From Octopus vulgaris (lineage: Eukaryota), in the NCBI GenBank assembly GCA_951406725.2, contig OX597814.1:35650001-35714000 (forward strand): DNA of 64,000 nt. The letters run 5' to 3'. Made by a program: the position numbers and the translations under genes. Numbering within the stretch: the stretch's first letter is position 1; each line of letters begins with the position of its first letter. A model generated the notes under the pieces. That model ran no database searches and had not been told where the DNA came from. It saw only the letters and a list, made by a program, of their open reading frames with translations. This document shows positions 40,205 through 52,985 of the stretch, one piece after another.

Positions 40205-40709
40205 TATGCTGGCCACTGATAAAATCATTACAAAATGACTTTATCCTAATTATGTACAAAAAATATGTATTAATTCACTCCTGTAACATATTTACTGCTG
40301 AACTGTTCTGAGTAAATAAGCACATGGTTGAAATAAGCGCTTAGATGTAAATTCAAGAATACATGCGAAATGTATGTATATTATTTGCCCTTATGGTGGT
40401 ATGTATAATGTATTTTTCATTTATTTACATTCGGTATGTTGCCATTGATGATCAGAAAAGGTTTTTAATAACTCAAACCATGAAATCTATAGATATGGTA
40501 CTATCCAAATTATTTTATAAATCCTTACTTACAACCTTGTGTTGTGGAGTAATAATCTAAGTGGTTGATAGACCATTTGGGGTCTATTTCTAGCAAACTG
40601 GTGTTGTAATAATTCAACACCCTTATTATAATTTTAATATAAATTAATCATTATGGTACTTTTAGTATGCAGGCCACTGATAAATCATTAGATAATGACT
40701 TTATCCTAA
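40205..40709 (+). mobile_element. 461-bp hammerhead element monomer with ~46-bp terminal redundancy
   Basis: tatgc-ggccactgataaa-tcatta-a-aatgactttatcctaat at 40205-40250 and 40666-40710 (ggcc at 40211 and 40672, period 461); internal HHR. Confidence 0.75.
40440..40500 (+). ncRNA. Type I hammerhead ribozyme-like motif (core C3 to U)
   Basis: tgcca TTGATGA ...ggttt...aaacc at GAAAT ctatag ATA tggta; helix I tgcca/tggta; palindrome atctatagat. Confidence 0.7.
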
Positions 40710-40712
40710 TAT

Positions 40713-41965
40713 ATCATCATCATCATCATCATCATTATCGTTTAACGTCCGTTTTCAATGCTGGCATGGATTGGACAGTTCGACTGAGGTCTGGGAAGCC
40801 AGGAGGCTGCACCAAGCTCCAGTCTGACCTGGCAGTGTTTCTACAGCTGGATGCCTTTCCTAACACCAACTGCTTTTTTACGTACCCATGGCACAGGGGC
40901 CAGAGGGGGCTGGCATCGACCATGATCGAATGGTGCTTTTTACATGTGACTGACATGGGAACCACAACTACAATTTCCATTTGATTGTGATTTGATTTGA
41001 TTTTGATTTTGATGTACTTGACTCAATAAGACTCTTCAAGCATGGCATGTTGCCCTACGATCTAAGGTACTTTTTGAGTGGTTATGCAACACTGGTGTAG
41101 GTTAAAGCTGTGAACTCACTTTACTTGCCAGGTCTTCTCAGTTACAGCATATCTCCAGAGGTTTTGGTCTTTCGTCATTGCCTCTGTGAGGCCCAGCATT
41201 CATGAGAGGAGGTGGGGAATGTCATGCTTCACCACCTCATCGTATGTCTTCCTGGGTCTCCCTCTACCTCGGATTCCTTCCATTGTTTGGGTGTGCCACT
41301 TCTTCAAACAGCTCTCCTCATCCATCCATAGTACATGACTATACCAATGCAAACGTCTCTCTTGCATGCCACATCCGATGCTTATTATGTCCAACATTTC
41401 TCTCAGGACACTTACACTCTGTCGTGTGTGTACACTGACATTACACATCCAGCAGATCATAATAGCTTCATTTCGTTCGAGCCTATACATGTCTTCAGCA
41501 GTCAGGCCTATGTTTCACTGCTGTGAAGCATGGCAGTTCCCACATATGCATCATACAATCTACCTTCCACTCTGAGTGAGAGGACCTTTGTCACCAGTAG
41601 GGGTAGGAGCTTTCTGAACTTTGCCCAGGCTATTCTTATTCTAGTGGCAATGCTCTCAGAGCATCCATCCCCACTACAGACTTGGTCACCTAGGTAGTAG
41701 AAGCTATCAACTACTTCTAGTTTCTCCCCTTGGCATGTGATGGAATCTGTTTTCTGAGCATCTGTGGTGTTTATTGCCCCTGTGCATCTGCTGCACACAA
41801 AAGCTATCTTCTTGGTTAATTTTCCTTTGATGTTTCTGCATCTCTTATGTATTCATAGCTTACACTGGCTACATCTTATGGAGTTTCTGCCTACATTTCT
41901 ACAGATGAAGCAGATCCACCTACCTGAAGAGGTGTGTGATGTGTTCACCTTCCTATACTTTCTTG
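40713..41965 (-). mobile_element. RTE LINE 3' relic with (GAT)n tail
   Basis: GEKLEVVDSFYYLGD...RIRIAWAKFRKLLPLL...ERRLHWYSHV...GRGRPRKT. Confidence 0.9.
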
Positions 41966-42982
41966 GAAAACAGACGTTAAATGATGATGTTGGTGATGAT
42001 ATGTAACATAAAACAACACCTGAAACATCATAACTAGTCTTGTGGTTTCATTGAGGAATGTTTTGCCTGAAAGTTCTTAACAAATATTCATAGACATTTC
42101 TAATTATTATTTGAGGCTAAAATACCAATCTATAGTATGAAAGCTTAGAAGGAAAGAATTAAGTTTTGCTACATGATATAAAGGAAATATGCATGAACTT
42201 AATTCAGTGTTCTATTACAGACCATTCCACTGTGTGTGTGTGTGTGTGTGTGTGTGTGCACATACTTCCAATTAGACAGAGAGAGGAGGAGAGAGAGATT
42301 GAGAGAGAAATCTATAAAGTGAAAGCTTAAGAAGGAAAGAGTTAATTTTTGCTTCATAGTATAAAGGAAATATGAACAAATTTACTTGAAGAGTTCTGCT
42401 ACATACACAGACATATGCACACACGCATGTGTGTAAGTATGAATGAGTTCATACAAATACAAATATTTTTACATAAATGTTGGCTTTCAGCTGGGAATAT
42501 ATATATATATTGAAACTTTCATAAGTGTATAGTTATAATTTAGGCAAGAATTTCAATCAATTAGTGCTTGAAATGTTTTAATCATCTGGCATTGTAGCGA
42601 CTAGGTTTCTGATACACATGGCATATTACCAAAAATATTTTAGCAACTAATTTTCTTGTGTCTCTAGGGATTACCTACTGTAATTTTTCGGACCTAAAAT
42701 TAAGACATTAGATGCTAGACAACAGACATCATCTCCAGTTCTGAATTATATCTGTCAGAATATTATAGTGTAACAGAAATTACCGAGAAAAATTAATTAT
42801 CATATGAAATTGAGAAAACTCTGTTTTCACTGTTATCATCATCATCATCCTCATGGCTGTCTTGAACTCTTTCATCATCTAGGTCTTCTTCCTCCTCACT
42901 ACGTCCACCATTAACAGCAGCACTGCTATAATGAAAGTTTAATTTAATTATCACTATTGTTGTTGTTATTTAAGCCAGGTTA

Positions 42983-43278
42983 GTTCTGATTGACAATTCT
43001 ACTACGTGATCATCTTGAATATTACTTTTATATAGACATATTGTATCTGAATCTACAGTGTCTGATGGGTCCTTCCTTTCTCAAGATAATAGGATGTGGG
43101 ATTTGTGAATGATTTCACTGCTATTTCTATTGTTCTGATTGACAATTCTGCTACGTGATCATCTTGAATATTACTTTTATATAGACATATTATATCTGAC
43201 TCTACAGTGTCTGATATGTCCTTCCTTTCTCAAGATAATAGGATGTGGGATTTGTGAATGATTTCACTGCTATTTCTA
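42983..43278. repeat. 149-bp tandem duplication
   Basis: gttctgattgacaattct... begins at 42983 and at 43132. Confidence 0.9.
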
Positions 43279-43599
43279 CCACATCAAACAACCATGTAGA
43301 AGCTATTGTCTTGCTGGTTTGGGCCTGACTAGCCCATCATTGTTCATTTTAATTAATTCCTTGTCTAATATCCTTGATTTGACTTCAAATATTCCTTTCT
43401 CTGTTTTTCTTGACCTGCATTTAGCACAGCTATCCTGAAAAATAGTATTCAATGATGCAAGCTTTTCTTACTTCTGCTGATTTTCTTCTACAAAAGCATG
43501 GTTTGAACTACTGTTCAACTGTTGATAATAGATTGCTGATTTTATTCTTTTTCTGATTGGCCAAGCAGGGGCACATCTTTTTAAGATGGTATTAATTCA

Positions 43600-43955
<356 letters not shown>

Positions 43956-44169
43956 TTTATTGGCCTAAATGAATAACAGATACTTGCTACAAGGTGAGTG
44001 CACAGCAGGAGAGATCTTCTGAGGAAGAACTCCTATCCAGCAAGTGTTTTGACCCTTATACATGATACTCTACAGGAGCCAGGCCCTCACAAATCATGAC
44101 TCCTAGGTGTCCCCCTGTTGCTTTCCAAAATCCCTTCTCCAATGGGATTTGAACCTTGGTCATTCTTTT

Positions 44170-44582
44170 TGGCTGTGTGGTAAGTAGCTTGCTAACCAAC
44201 CACATGGTTCCGGGTTCAGTCCCACTGTGTGGCATCTTGGGCAAGTGTATTCTGCTATAGCCCCGGGCCGACCAATGCCTTGTGAGTGGATTTGGTAGAC
44301 GGAAACTGAAAGAAGCCTGTCGTGTATATGTATATATATATAAGTGTGTGTGTATATGTTTGTGTGTCTGTGTTTGTCCCCCTAGCATTGCTTGACAACC
44401 GATGCTGGTGTGTTTACGTCCCCGTCACTTAGCGGTTCGGCAAAAGAGACCGATAGAATAAGTACTGGGCTTACAAAGAATAAGTCCCGGGGTCGATTTG
44501 CTCAACTAAAGGCGGTGCTCCAGCATGGCCGCAGTCAAATGACTGAAACAAGTAAAAAGAGTAAAAAAAGAGAGTAAAAGAG
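44170..44582 (+). mobile_element. SINE family A
   Basis: Family A consensus. Confidence 0.9.
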
Positions 44583-44836
44583 TTATACTCCCAGGTCTGT
44601 ATTTCAGCCCACTAGGCCACTCTGACCAGCAAAGGAACCAGTTCTCATCTTCCTTATATTACCTGTAAATAACCAATAGAATCCATAACTTTGCCCATAC
44701 CTACATTGAGCTCTTTTCAGAAACATCAGACAAGTGTTTGATTGTGACAGTTCTTCTGCAACCTTAGTAGGATAGAAGACAAAATTAATATGAATGAGAT
44801 TCAACTTCAGAATTAAAATAAAAAAACATAACCAGA

Positions 44837-45024
44837 TGTAGGAGTGGCTGTGTGGTAAGTAGCTTGCCTACCAACCACATGGTTCCAGGTTCAGTCCCAC
44901 TGCATGGCATCTTGGGCAAGTGTCTTTTACTATAGCCTCGGGCCGACCAAAGCCTTGTGAGTGGATTTGGTAGATGGAAACTGAAAGAAGCCCGTCATAT
45001 ATATATGTACATATATGTATATAA

Positions 45025-45080
<56 letters not shown>

Positions 45081-45298
45081 ATATGTTTGTATGTCTGTGT
45101 TTGTCCCCCCAACATCACCTGACAACCGATGCTGGTGTGTTTACGTCCCCGTAACTTAGCGGTTCAGCAAAAGAGACCGATAGAATAAGTACTAGGCTTA
45201 CAAAGAATAAGTCCTGGGGGGTCAATTTGCTCGATTAAAGTTGGTGCTCCAGCATGGCCATAGTCAAAATGACTGAAACAAGTAAAAGAGTAAAAGAG
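44837..45298 (+). mobile_element. SINE family A
   Basis: Family A consensus. Confidence 0.9.
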
Positions 45299-46481
45299 AT
45301 ACCACAAGATGTTTTTCTCAAGCCACTGAACTAAGAGAATGAAGTAACATACTGAATGAACATACACATTTAGCCCTTTTGTGAAGGTAATGGGGTGATA
45401 GTAAATAGTATGAGCTGTAGTTGTGATAGAGGCAGAGGTGGTGGTGATGATGGTGGTGGTGGTGGTAGCTGAGGGTGTGAGGGATGAAGTGAGAGTGAGA
45501 GATGTGAAAGACAGTGGTGATGATGGAGGGGAAGGTGGCAAAGTCAAAGGTATTGATGGTAGTGGCATCAGAAGTCTGCACTATGTGTGTATGGCAGATG
45601 TGATGGCGATGGTGGTGTACTGTTGTTTATCATGCAGCTTTGCAATAAGTTCCAAGTCAACAAATTATATCATTGTTTTGATGAGAATTATTTGTTGCTT
45701 GAAAAATATTGTTGCAGTTTAATAAAATTGAATATGTGTTCAATGCATGAAGTGTCATTGTTGGGCCCAAGACCTAATGAAGAGCCCTCCACAGGAGCTA
45801 GCTTAAAAAGCAACCTTACACCCATTTGCTCAAACATGAACTCATGCACATACACACACACATGTGCGTGTGTGTATGTGCATGCATGTGTGTGCATGCA
45901 TGCATGTGTGTGCATGCATGCATGTGTATGTGTGTGTCTATATATACAAGGGACGGCCGAACCAAATCATATACACTGAATAAAGTTTGTACCTTAAACA
46001 GAATAATATTGAAGCATTTTGTCTGCACAATGTAGGCCAAAGTGGACATAGCCATTTGATTTACTATGTCATTAATTGATTAAGTATTCAATAAACTAAA
46101 AGGAACTGACCTAATTCAGTAAATTCTTCAGAGGTAGTGCCTCAGCTTAGCCAAAGTTCAAAGACTGAAACCAGTAAAGAACAAAAGAAGTAAAAGGGTA
46201 TTGACTTTGGATTGATGACACTTTGAAGGATCTGAAATCACAAAATAGAGTCAGAAAGACAACACTAAACACCTTTAGGTATTTAATCAAGTTCCTTGCT
46301 CTTCCTCCAACTCCAAACTAGCCATTCCACTTACTAACACCTAAAGCTGTTAAATTCTCTTTAAACTTATTTCATGAAGCTTCAAAATTTTTGTTGCACA
46401 AATACCCACTGCTCATTAACACAGTTCCCCCTGCAGTATAAGTGACCAGATCACAATTATGCAACAAATATTTTGACACTA

Positions 46482-46919
46482 CATCATCATCATCATTTAA
46501 CGTCCACTTTCCATGCTAGCATGGGTTGGACAATTTGACTGAGGTCTGGTGAACCAAACTTCAATCTGATCTGGCAGAGTTTCTACAGCTGGATGCCCTT
46601 CCTAACACCAACCACTCCGAGAGTGTAGTGGGTGCTTTTACGTGCCACCAGCATGAGGGCCAGTTTGGTGGAACTGGCAATGGCCACGCCCAAATGGTGC
46701 TTTTTATGTGCTACCTGCACAGGAGCCAGTCCTGTGACACTGGTGACGACCTTGCTCGAATGTTTCACATGCCACCAGCACAAGTGCTAGTAAGGCGACG
46801 CAGTAACGATTGCTAGTAAGGCGACGCAGTAACGATTGCTAGTAAGGCAACGCAGTAATGATTGCTAGTAAGGCAATGCAGTAACGATTGCTAGTAAGGC
46901 AATGCAGTAACAATTGCTA
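46482..46919 (-). mobile_element. SINE family B ending in a 26-bp x5 minisatellite
   Basis: tgctagtaaggcgacgcagtaacgat-type units at 46785, 46811, 46837, 46863 and 46889. Confidence 0.85.
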
Positions 46920-48597
46920 TAAATATATTTGAATTTACATTGAATTTTGTAACTTTGTGGCTTGAATGACTCTTTCACAATATAGTTGCTTCAGTTTTTT
47001 CAAAGTCTCATATCAAGTCACTTACTAGGCAGTATAACTTCAAAATTTCCTGTTTCTGCTTACTGACTGTTCTTCTAATATTCAAAGTATAAGACACATT
47101 TTCACTAAACTTTAAGCCACTTTTCCAGTGGTGTGGAAATAATTTATTGTCCTCGCTGTAGTGCATTACTGTTATATATTTATGGTCTCAGAGAGTTAAA
47201 AGATTAAAACTCAAGTGGGATTGAACCAAGAGTGGACTAAGTGTATTAAGAGCCCTCGAGCTGATCACAGTGCTTGCTGCATGATCAAAGTGAAGTGGGG
47301 ATCATCATCATCATCATAATCATTGTCATCATTGTTATCATCGTCATTGTCATTGTCGTCATCATCATCACCACTGATACCACCACCACCACCACCACCA
47401 ATGTGATACAGTGTATCTTAGACATTACTATGTGATCTGTCCTTCCATTTTTAAGAAAGTAAGGTGTGATTTAAGGGGTATTGCCCAAAAATAACATAGG
47501 GGGCTTTCTGACAGGCTTGACTTGAATTCAGAATGTAGAGAAATATAAAAAGATTTATTTCTCAAATGATTTGTCATTTTTACCATTCAACCTCCTTTCC
47601 AATATTTAATATTCATAAAATAAATAACTAAAATAGTGATTTTTCTTTTCTCATTTCTCTATTTAAACAACATCTTTGCCATCATTCATGCAAGAATATA
47701 GATTGGACTGATAAGCAAATTTAATTATCAGGTTAGATTTTGTGGCTTCCTGAAACAATTTTTCAAAATGCACATTGCTAAATTTTAGGGAAAACATCAG
47801 TATATGACTAGAATTTAACACTCCAAGCTAGAGGAATATATATTTATTACTCAATGCTCATCAACATTTTAGCAATAAACTTGCAAAACACAACACTTAT
47901 TTACATTTAGAATGAATTAAATCTAAGGATACAGAGAATACAGAACAATGTAAGTGACAAAATAAATACAAAGCACTGAGTTATTGAACGAACCTATATT
48001 TGACTATCCTAGAAATAGCAGCTAAATCTTCCTACAATAAATCCCTAAAATATGATCGAAACCATTAATCCTTCAGCCTATATTTTATTAACATAGATTA
48101 TCAATGCTCTATTAACTCAAAGTATTTCAGTATTCAAAGCAAATGAGGGAGTTTCAATGTGGTTACTCAACTTACTGGAAATAGTAACCAAATCTCTTTC
48201 AACTCATTCTTTTCTTATTCTAGTGACTACAATTGAGATGTCTCACAATGCTGTGCCAAAGGTCTTTACCCACTTCCTGTTAGCTCTGGTAGTTCCTCAG
48301 TTTCATGTTGTATGCCTCTGCCAATTACATCAATGCAGGTGAGTCACCTTTAGCCCCTGTTAGGATGCAGGAGTCTTGAAAATATAACATCCGATATGAC
48401 CTGTTGTTCAGTACAATAGCAGTGGCCAGTAGAGTTATCTAACATTGAGCAACAGTAGCAGAGATAGGTGAAATGTGTTTATAAATCCCTCTTTGATTTT
48501 GTGTTTGTGTTATAAAATATGCTGCACTTTCATGAAAAGCCTGGTGTGTTTACCATCACTCCTTACTTTTTTTTGAAAATAATATGTTAACTAATGC

Positions 48598-48756
48598 ATG
48601 AGTGGCTGTGTGGTTAGTAGCTTGCTTACCAACCACATGGTTCTGGGTTCAGTCCCACTGCGTGGCACCTTGGGCAAGTGTTTCTACTATAGCCTCGGGC
48701 CGACCAAAGTCTTGTGAGTGGATTTGGTAGACAGAAACTGAAATAAGCCTGTCATA

Positions 48757-48789
<33 letters not shown>

Positions 48790-48800
48790 GCGTGTGTGTG

Positions 48801-48834
<34 letters not shown>

Positions 48835-49070
48835 GGTGTTTGTGTGTCTGTGTTTGTCCCCCCCCCCAACATCGCTTGACAACATATGCTGGTGTGTTTA
48901 CGACCTCGTAACTTAGCAGTTTGGCAAAAGAGGCCGATAGAATAAGTACTAGGCTTACAAAGAATAAGTCCTGGGGTTGATTTGCTCGACTAAAGGTGGT
49001 ACTCCAGCATGGCTACAGTCAAATGACTGAATCAAGTAAAAGAGTAAACGAACAAAAGAGTAAAAGAGTA
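48598..49070 (+). mobile_element. SINE family A
   Basis: Family A consensus. Confidence 0.9.
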
Positions 49071-49321
49071 ATGTGGATACAGGTTAACCGCACGTGGGAA
49101 AAAAATGAAGAGTTGGTCATGGTTGGAATACTCATGATAATACATTTTATTGATAAAAACTGACCTTGGGTTAAACAACAACAAATTCTACAATACAACT
49201 AATAAGAAGTCATTTAGAAGTCTCTTCTGCTACCTTAATTCTACTTTTGATGAAGCATGTATATCAAATCTTACTATAAATAGTCATCAGTTAACAGAGA
49301 AATAATTAATGGAGATGAAAT

Positions 49322-49493
49322 AGGCATGGGAGTGGCTGTGTGGTAAGTAGCTTGCTTACAAACCATTTGGTTCCGGGTTCAGTCCCACTGCATGGCACCT
49401 TGGGCAAGTGTCTTCTACAATAGCCTCGGGCCGACCAAAGCCTTGTGAGTGGATTTGGTTGACAGAAACTGAAAGAAGCCCGTCGTATATATG

Positions 49494-49536
<43 letters not shown>

Positions 49537-49750
49537 GTTTTTGTGTGTCTGTGTTTGTCCCCCAACATTGCTTGACAACCGATGCTGGTGTGTTTATGTC
49601 CTCATAACTTAGCAGTTCGACAAAAGAGACCGATAGAATAAGTACTAGGCTTCCAAAGAATAAGTCCTGGGGTTGATTTGGTCAACTAAAGGTGGTGCTC
49701 CAGCATGGCTACAGTCACATGACTAAAACAAGTAAAAGAATAAAAAGAGT
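49322..49750 (+). mobile_element. SINE family A
   Basis: Family A consensus. Confidence 0.9.
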
Positions 49751-50422
49751 ATTCTTAAACTAATGCTAGTATTTCAGTTGGAGGGAAGTCATGTAGGTGG
49801 TCGACCAACAGCTGGAAATAATGGCAAATTTCCCTCAAATAAAGAAAGAACGTATTTCTCTATATAAACCTAGATATACAAAAAAATGACAGGTTGGTCA
49901 CTGCTAGAATTCCATAAGGAAAAATATCTGCCCAACCAGGACTGACTTAATAACAACAACAACAACAACAACAGCAACAACAGCAACAATAATACTGTGG
50001 TTAGCTTCCAGCAAACTGTGTGTGCAATGCAGGTTCAATTGTTCGTTGGTTTACTTCACTGCATTTTATTTTTCTCCACATCTGTGATATCCCATTGCAT
50101 TTAACAATGTAGTGTGAGATTAGTGCTGCTAAGTTGAGTTTCCTTTGTAACATTATGTGCAAACAGTCTTCATTGGTTAACCAATGAACTATTGAGGTTT
50201 ATGGGACGTTCTTTTTTCTCCTTCAGATTGCATCTAAGAAATTTATGAGTCAGAACAAACACATTGCCAAAATGCTAAAACAGAATATTGAAACATTTGG
50301 GATCAGTTGCAAAAATAAATATAACGAATTCATTAACATTTAAATGATTAACATATAAGCACATTAGCATATCATGTTTATTAGACACTCATGGACATAA
50401 GAATTCAAGAGAGAAAAATTTT

Positions 50423-51567
50423 ATCATCATCATCATCATCATCATTATCATCATTTAACGTCTGCTTTCCATGCTAGCATGGGTTGAACGATTTGACTGA
50501 GGGCTGGCAAACCAGATGGCTGCACCAGGTTTCAATCTTGATCTGGCAGTGTTTCTACAGCTGGATGCCCTTCCTAATGCCAACCACTCCGAGAGTGTAG
50601 TGGATGCATTTACTTGCCACCGGCACAGGGCCAGTCAGGTGGTACTGGCAACGACCTTGCTCGAATCTTTTACACATGCCACTGGCACAGGTGCCAGTAA
50701 GGCTGTGCTGGTAACGCTCACGCTCGATTGGTGCCTTTTACGTGCCACCAGCACGGAGGCCAGTTAGCCACTCTGGCAACGATCATGCTCGGATGGTGCT
50801 CTTAACACCCTACTAGCACGGGGCTCGAGTGCCAGTAAGGCGACGCTGGTAATGATCACACTCGAATGGTGCCTTTTATGTGCCACAAGCACAGAAGCCG
50901 GTTAGCCACTCCAGTGGTACATAAAAGGCACCATTCGAGTGTGATGTTAATTAATAATTCTATATTGCAGTCATGGCTGATGCCAGTGCCATCTGACTGG
51001 CACCTGTGCTGGTGGTATGTAAAAGGCACCATTTGAGCATTGGGCCTCATGGATGCAGTGACATCAAGCCAAGTGAGATCATAGTTGTGGCCGATGCCAG
51101 TGTTGCATAGTCGATCAGTTAAAAGCACTCTTCAATCATTAGGTGATGTGCAGTGCTTGTGAAACCCTGTCAAACTGAGTGAAATTGTAGCCATGTCCAA
51201 TGCCTGTGCCCTCTGAATGGCATACATGCCAGTGGTACATAAAACACACCATTTGAGCATCGGGCCTCATGGAGGCAGTAACTGGTGACCAAGACATTTG
51301 ATGATATATCTTGCTTGTGTAGACCAGTCAAGCCAAGTGAGACTGTAGCTGTGGTCAATGCCTGTCTCAGATTAATGGAACTTGTGTTGGGGGCATGTAA
51401 GAAACACCCACTACACTCTTGGAGTGGTTGGCATTAGGAAGGGCATCCAGTAATAGAAACCTTGCCAAATCAGATCAGAACCTGGTGGAGCCACACCAGC
51501 TAACCAGTTTTCAGTTAAACTATCCAACCCACACCAGCATGAAAAGCGGACATTAAATGACGATGAA
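50423..51567. mobile_element. Two head-to-head family B SINEs
   Basis: Minus copy ~50423-50910 and plus copy ~50910-51567; local hairpin atcacactcgaatggtgccttttatgt/acataaaaggcaccattcgagtgtgat. Confidence 0.75.
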
Positions 51568-52033
51568 GTATAATTTGAATCAAAACTTAATTTCAGTTTG
51601 TTCCACATTAGGCTGTAGAAAGAAAACACTTTTTCCTTAATAAAGGAAAAAAACTCAACCAAAAAAAGGGGCTTATTCCCCTATTTAGGTGAACTATAAT
51701 TTTGCTTAAACTTAAAAAAAGAATCACTATTATAAGTGTCTTTTACTATTAAGATTCCTGTATTATTGCTAAATAAAAAGAAGTACATACCATATTCATC
51801 AGTCCTCTTAGACTATGATCTCTACTGCATGTAGAATTAAAATGTAAATATATGAACACAGACATACCTGTGAGATTAGGAAGTTTGCAATACAGTCAGA
51901 TAGTTCTGGGTTTGATTCCAAGGCATGTGACATGACAACTTGGCCCAAATATCTTGGGTAGACTGAAACATTGTGCATCAAATTCAGATAGAAACTCTGC
52001 TGATTTTATTTCTATCAAATGTGTGTGTGTGTA

Positions 52034-52495
52034 TCAATATCTATAAAACAGTTCTTGGACGAAAATTGTATGCACATTTTGCTTTGACGGTTAATGGCGG
52101 CCAAACCGAGGCTAGGATCAAGCAGAATATTGGCAGGGATACTAAATGTGTGGTGAGGATGAGACCCGCAATGGTTAAAATTCACAAGCTATAAAGATGT
52201 GGTTGCTATGGCAAAAGAGGGATTTTTTATCGATTCAAGGGGGCCCAGAGCCCCTCTAAGTTTGTGTGATTGGTTTTTAATGTCCAGCGGCATGCACTGC
52301 AGGCTGTTGTGCTTAATAAACATACATTTTGTCTCGAAATTCTGGCTATTAGGAAACGATTTTTCATTGTGAAAAACGAGTGCCCTTTGCCCTCCTTTTC
52401 TTTTTAATTTTGATAAAATTTTCGTTTTTTTTAAAATTCCTCATCTTTAAAATGTGGCCCGAGTAGACCTGAATGAAATTGGGTTATAATACTAG
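52034..52495 (+). mobile_element. Probable non-autonomous Helitron
   Basis: A|TC start (52034 or 52040), subterminal hairpin acctga-atgaaa-ttgggt, CTAG|T end at 52492-52495; no TIR or TSD; richer in CpG than the flanks. Confidence 0.45.
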
Positions 52496-52504
52496 TATGT
52501 ATAT

Positions 52505-52985
52505 AATTCAAAATTAGGATAAAAATCTTTATAGGAATCTATCAAGCAGTTAGCATGAAAAACCTCATAAGGGAAAAAATTATTAATTATTCCCTTTAAA
52601 TATATTTATATATATTAAGGGCATTACTATACATAAATGCATCACACTAGGAGGGACTCATAAAGTCAAAATCTACCATATTACATAGATATATATAAGT
52701 GTGGACAATTCTATGTACTATGTACTATGCTGTACACATGTGGTGTTCATCTGCTGTGTTGATTTTTGTTCATTTTTATATGTCTTGATTATGCTTGCAC
52801 TGAAGATTAAAAAGTGCATTATGTGCACTAATTATGAAATCATATGATATGTAGCTGAATCTGTTTTTAAAAGGCTTGCTTCGAGAGTTGCATTCCCTCG
52901 CGTTCGGTACAAGGTGTTTATTATGGTAGTTTTTTACTTTAAGAGTCCCTCCTAGTGTATGTATAGCAATGCCCTTAATATATAT
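52505..52985. mobile_element. Fold-back copy of the hammerhead element family
   Basis: Inverted arms 52609-52680 and 52922-52985 (ttaagggcattactatac...acactaggagggactc / gagtccctcctagtgt...gcaatgcccttaa); family terminal motif at 52540-52556. Confidence 0.7.
52796..52853 (+). ncRNA. Type I hammerhead ribozyme
   Basis: tgca CTGAAGA ...agtgca ttatg tgcact... GAAAT catatg ATA tgta; helix I tgca/tgta; palindrome atcatatgat. Confidence 0.75.

Noticed and set aside
40529-40622. Minus-strand exon with a GTAAGT donor
   Set aside because: It lies inside the 461-bp hammerhead element and is homologous to 27090-27230.
45164-45722. Thr/His/Val-rich ORFs
   Set aside because: Low-complexity (GGT/GAT)n sequence plus SINE; no domain signal.
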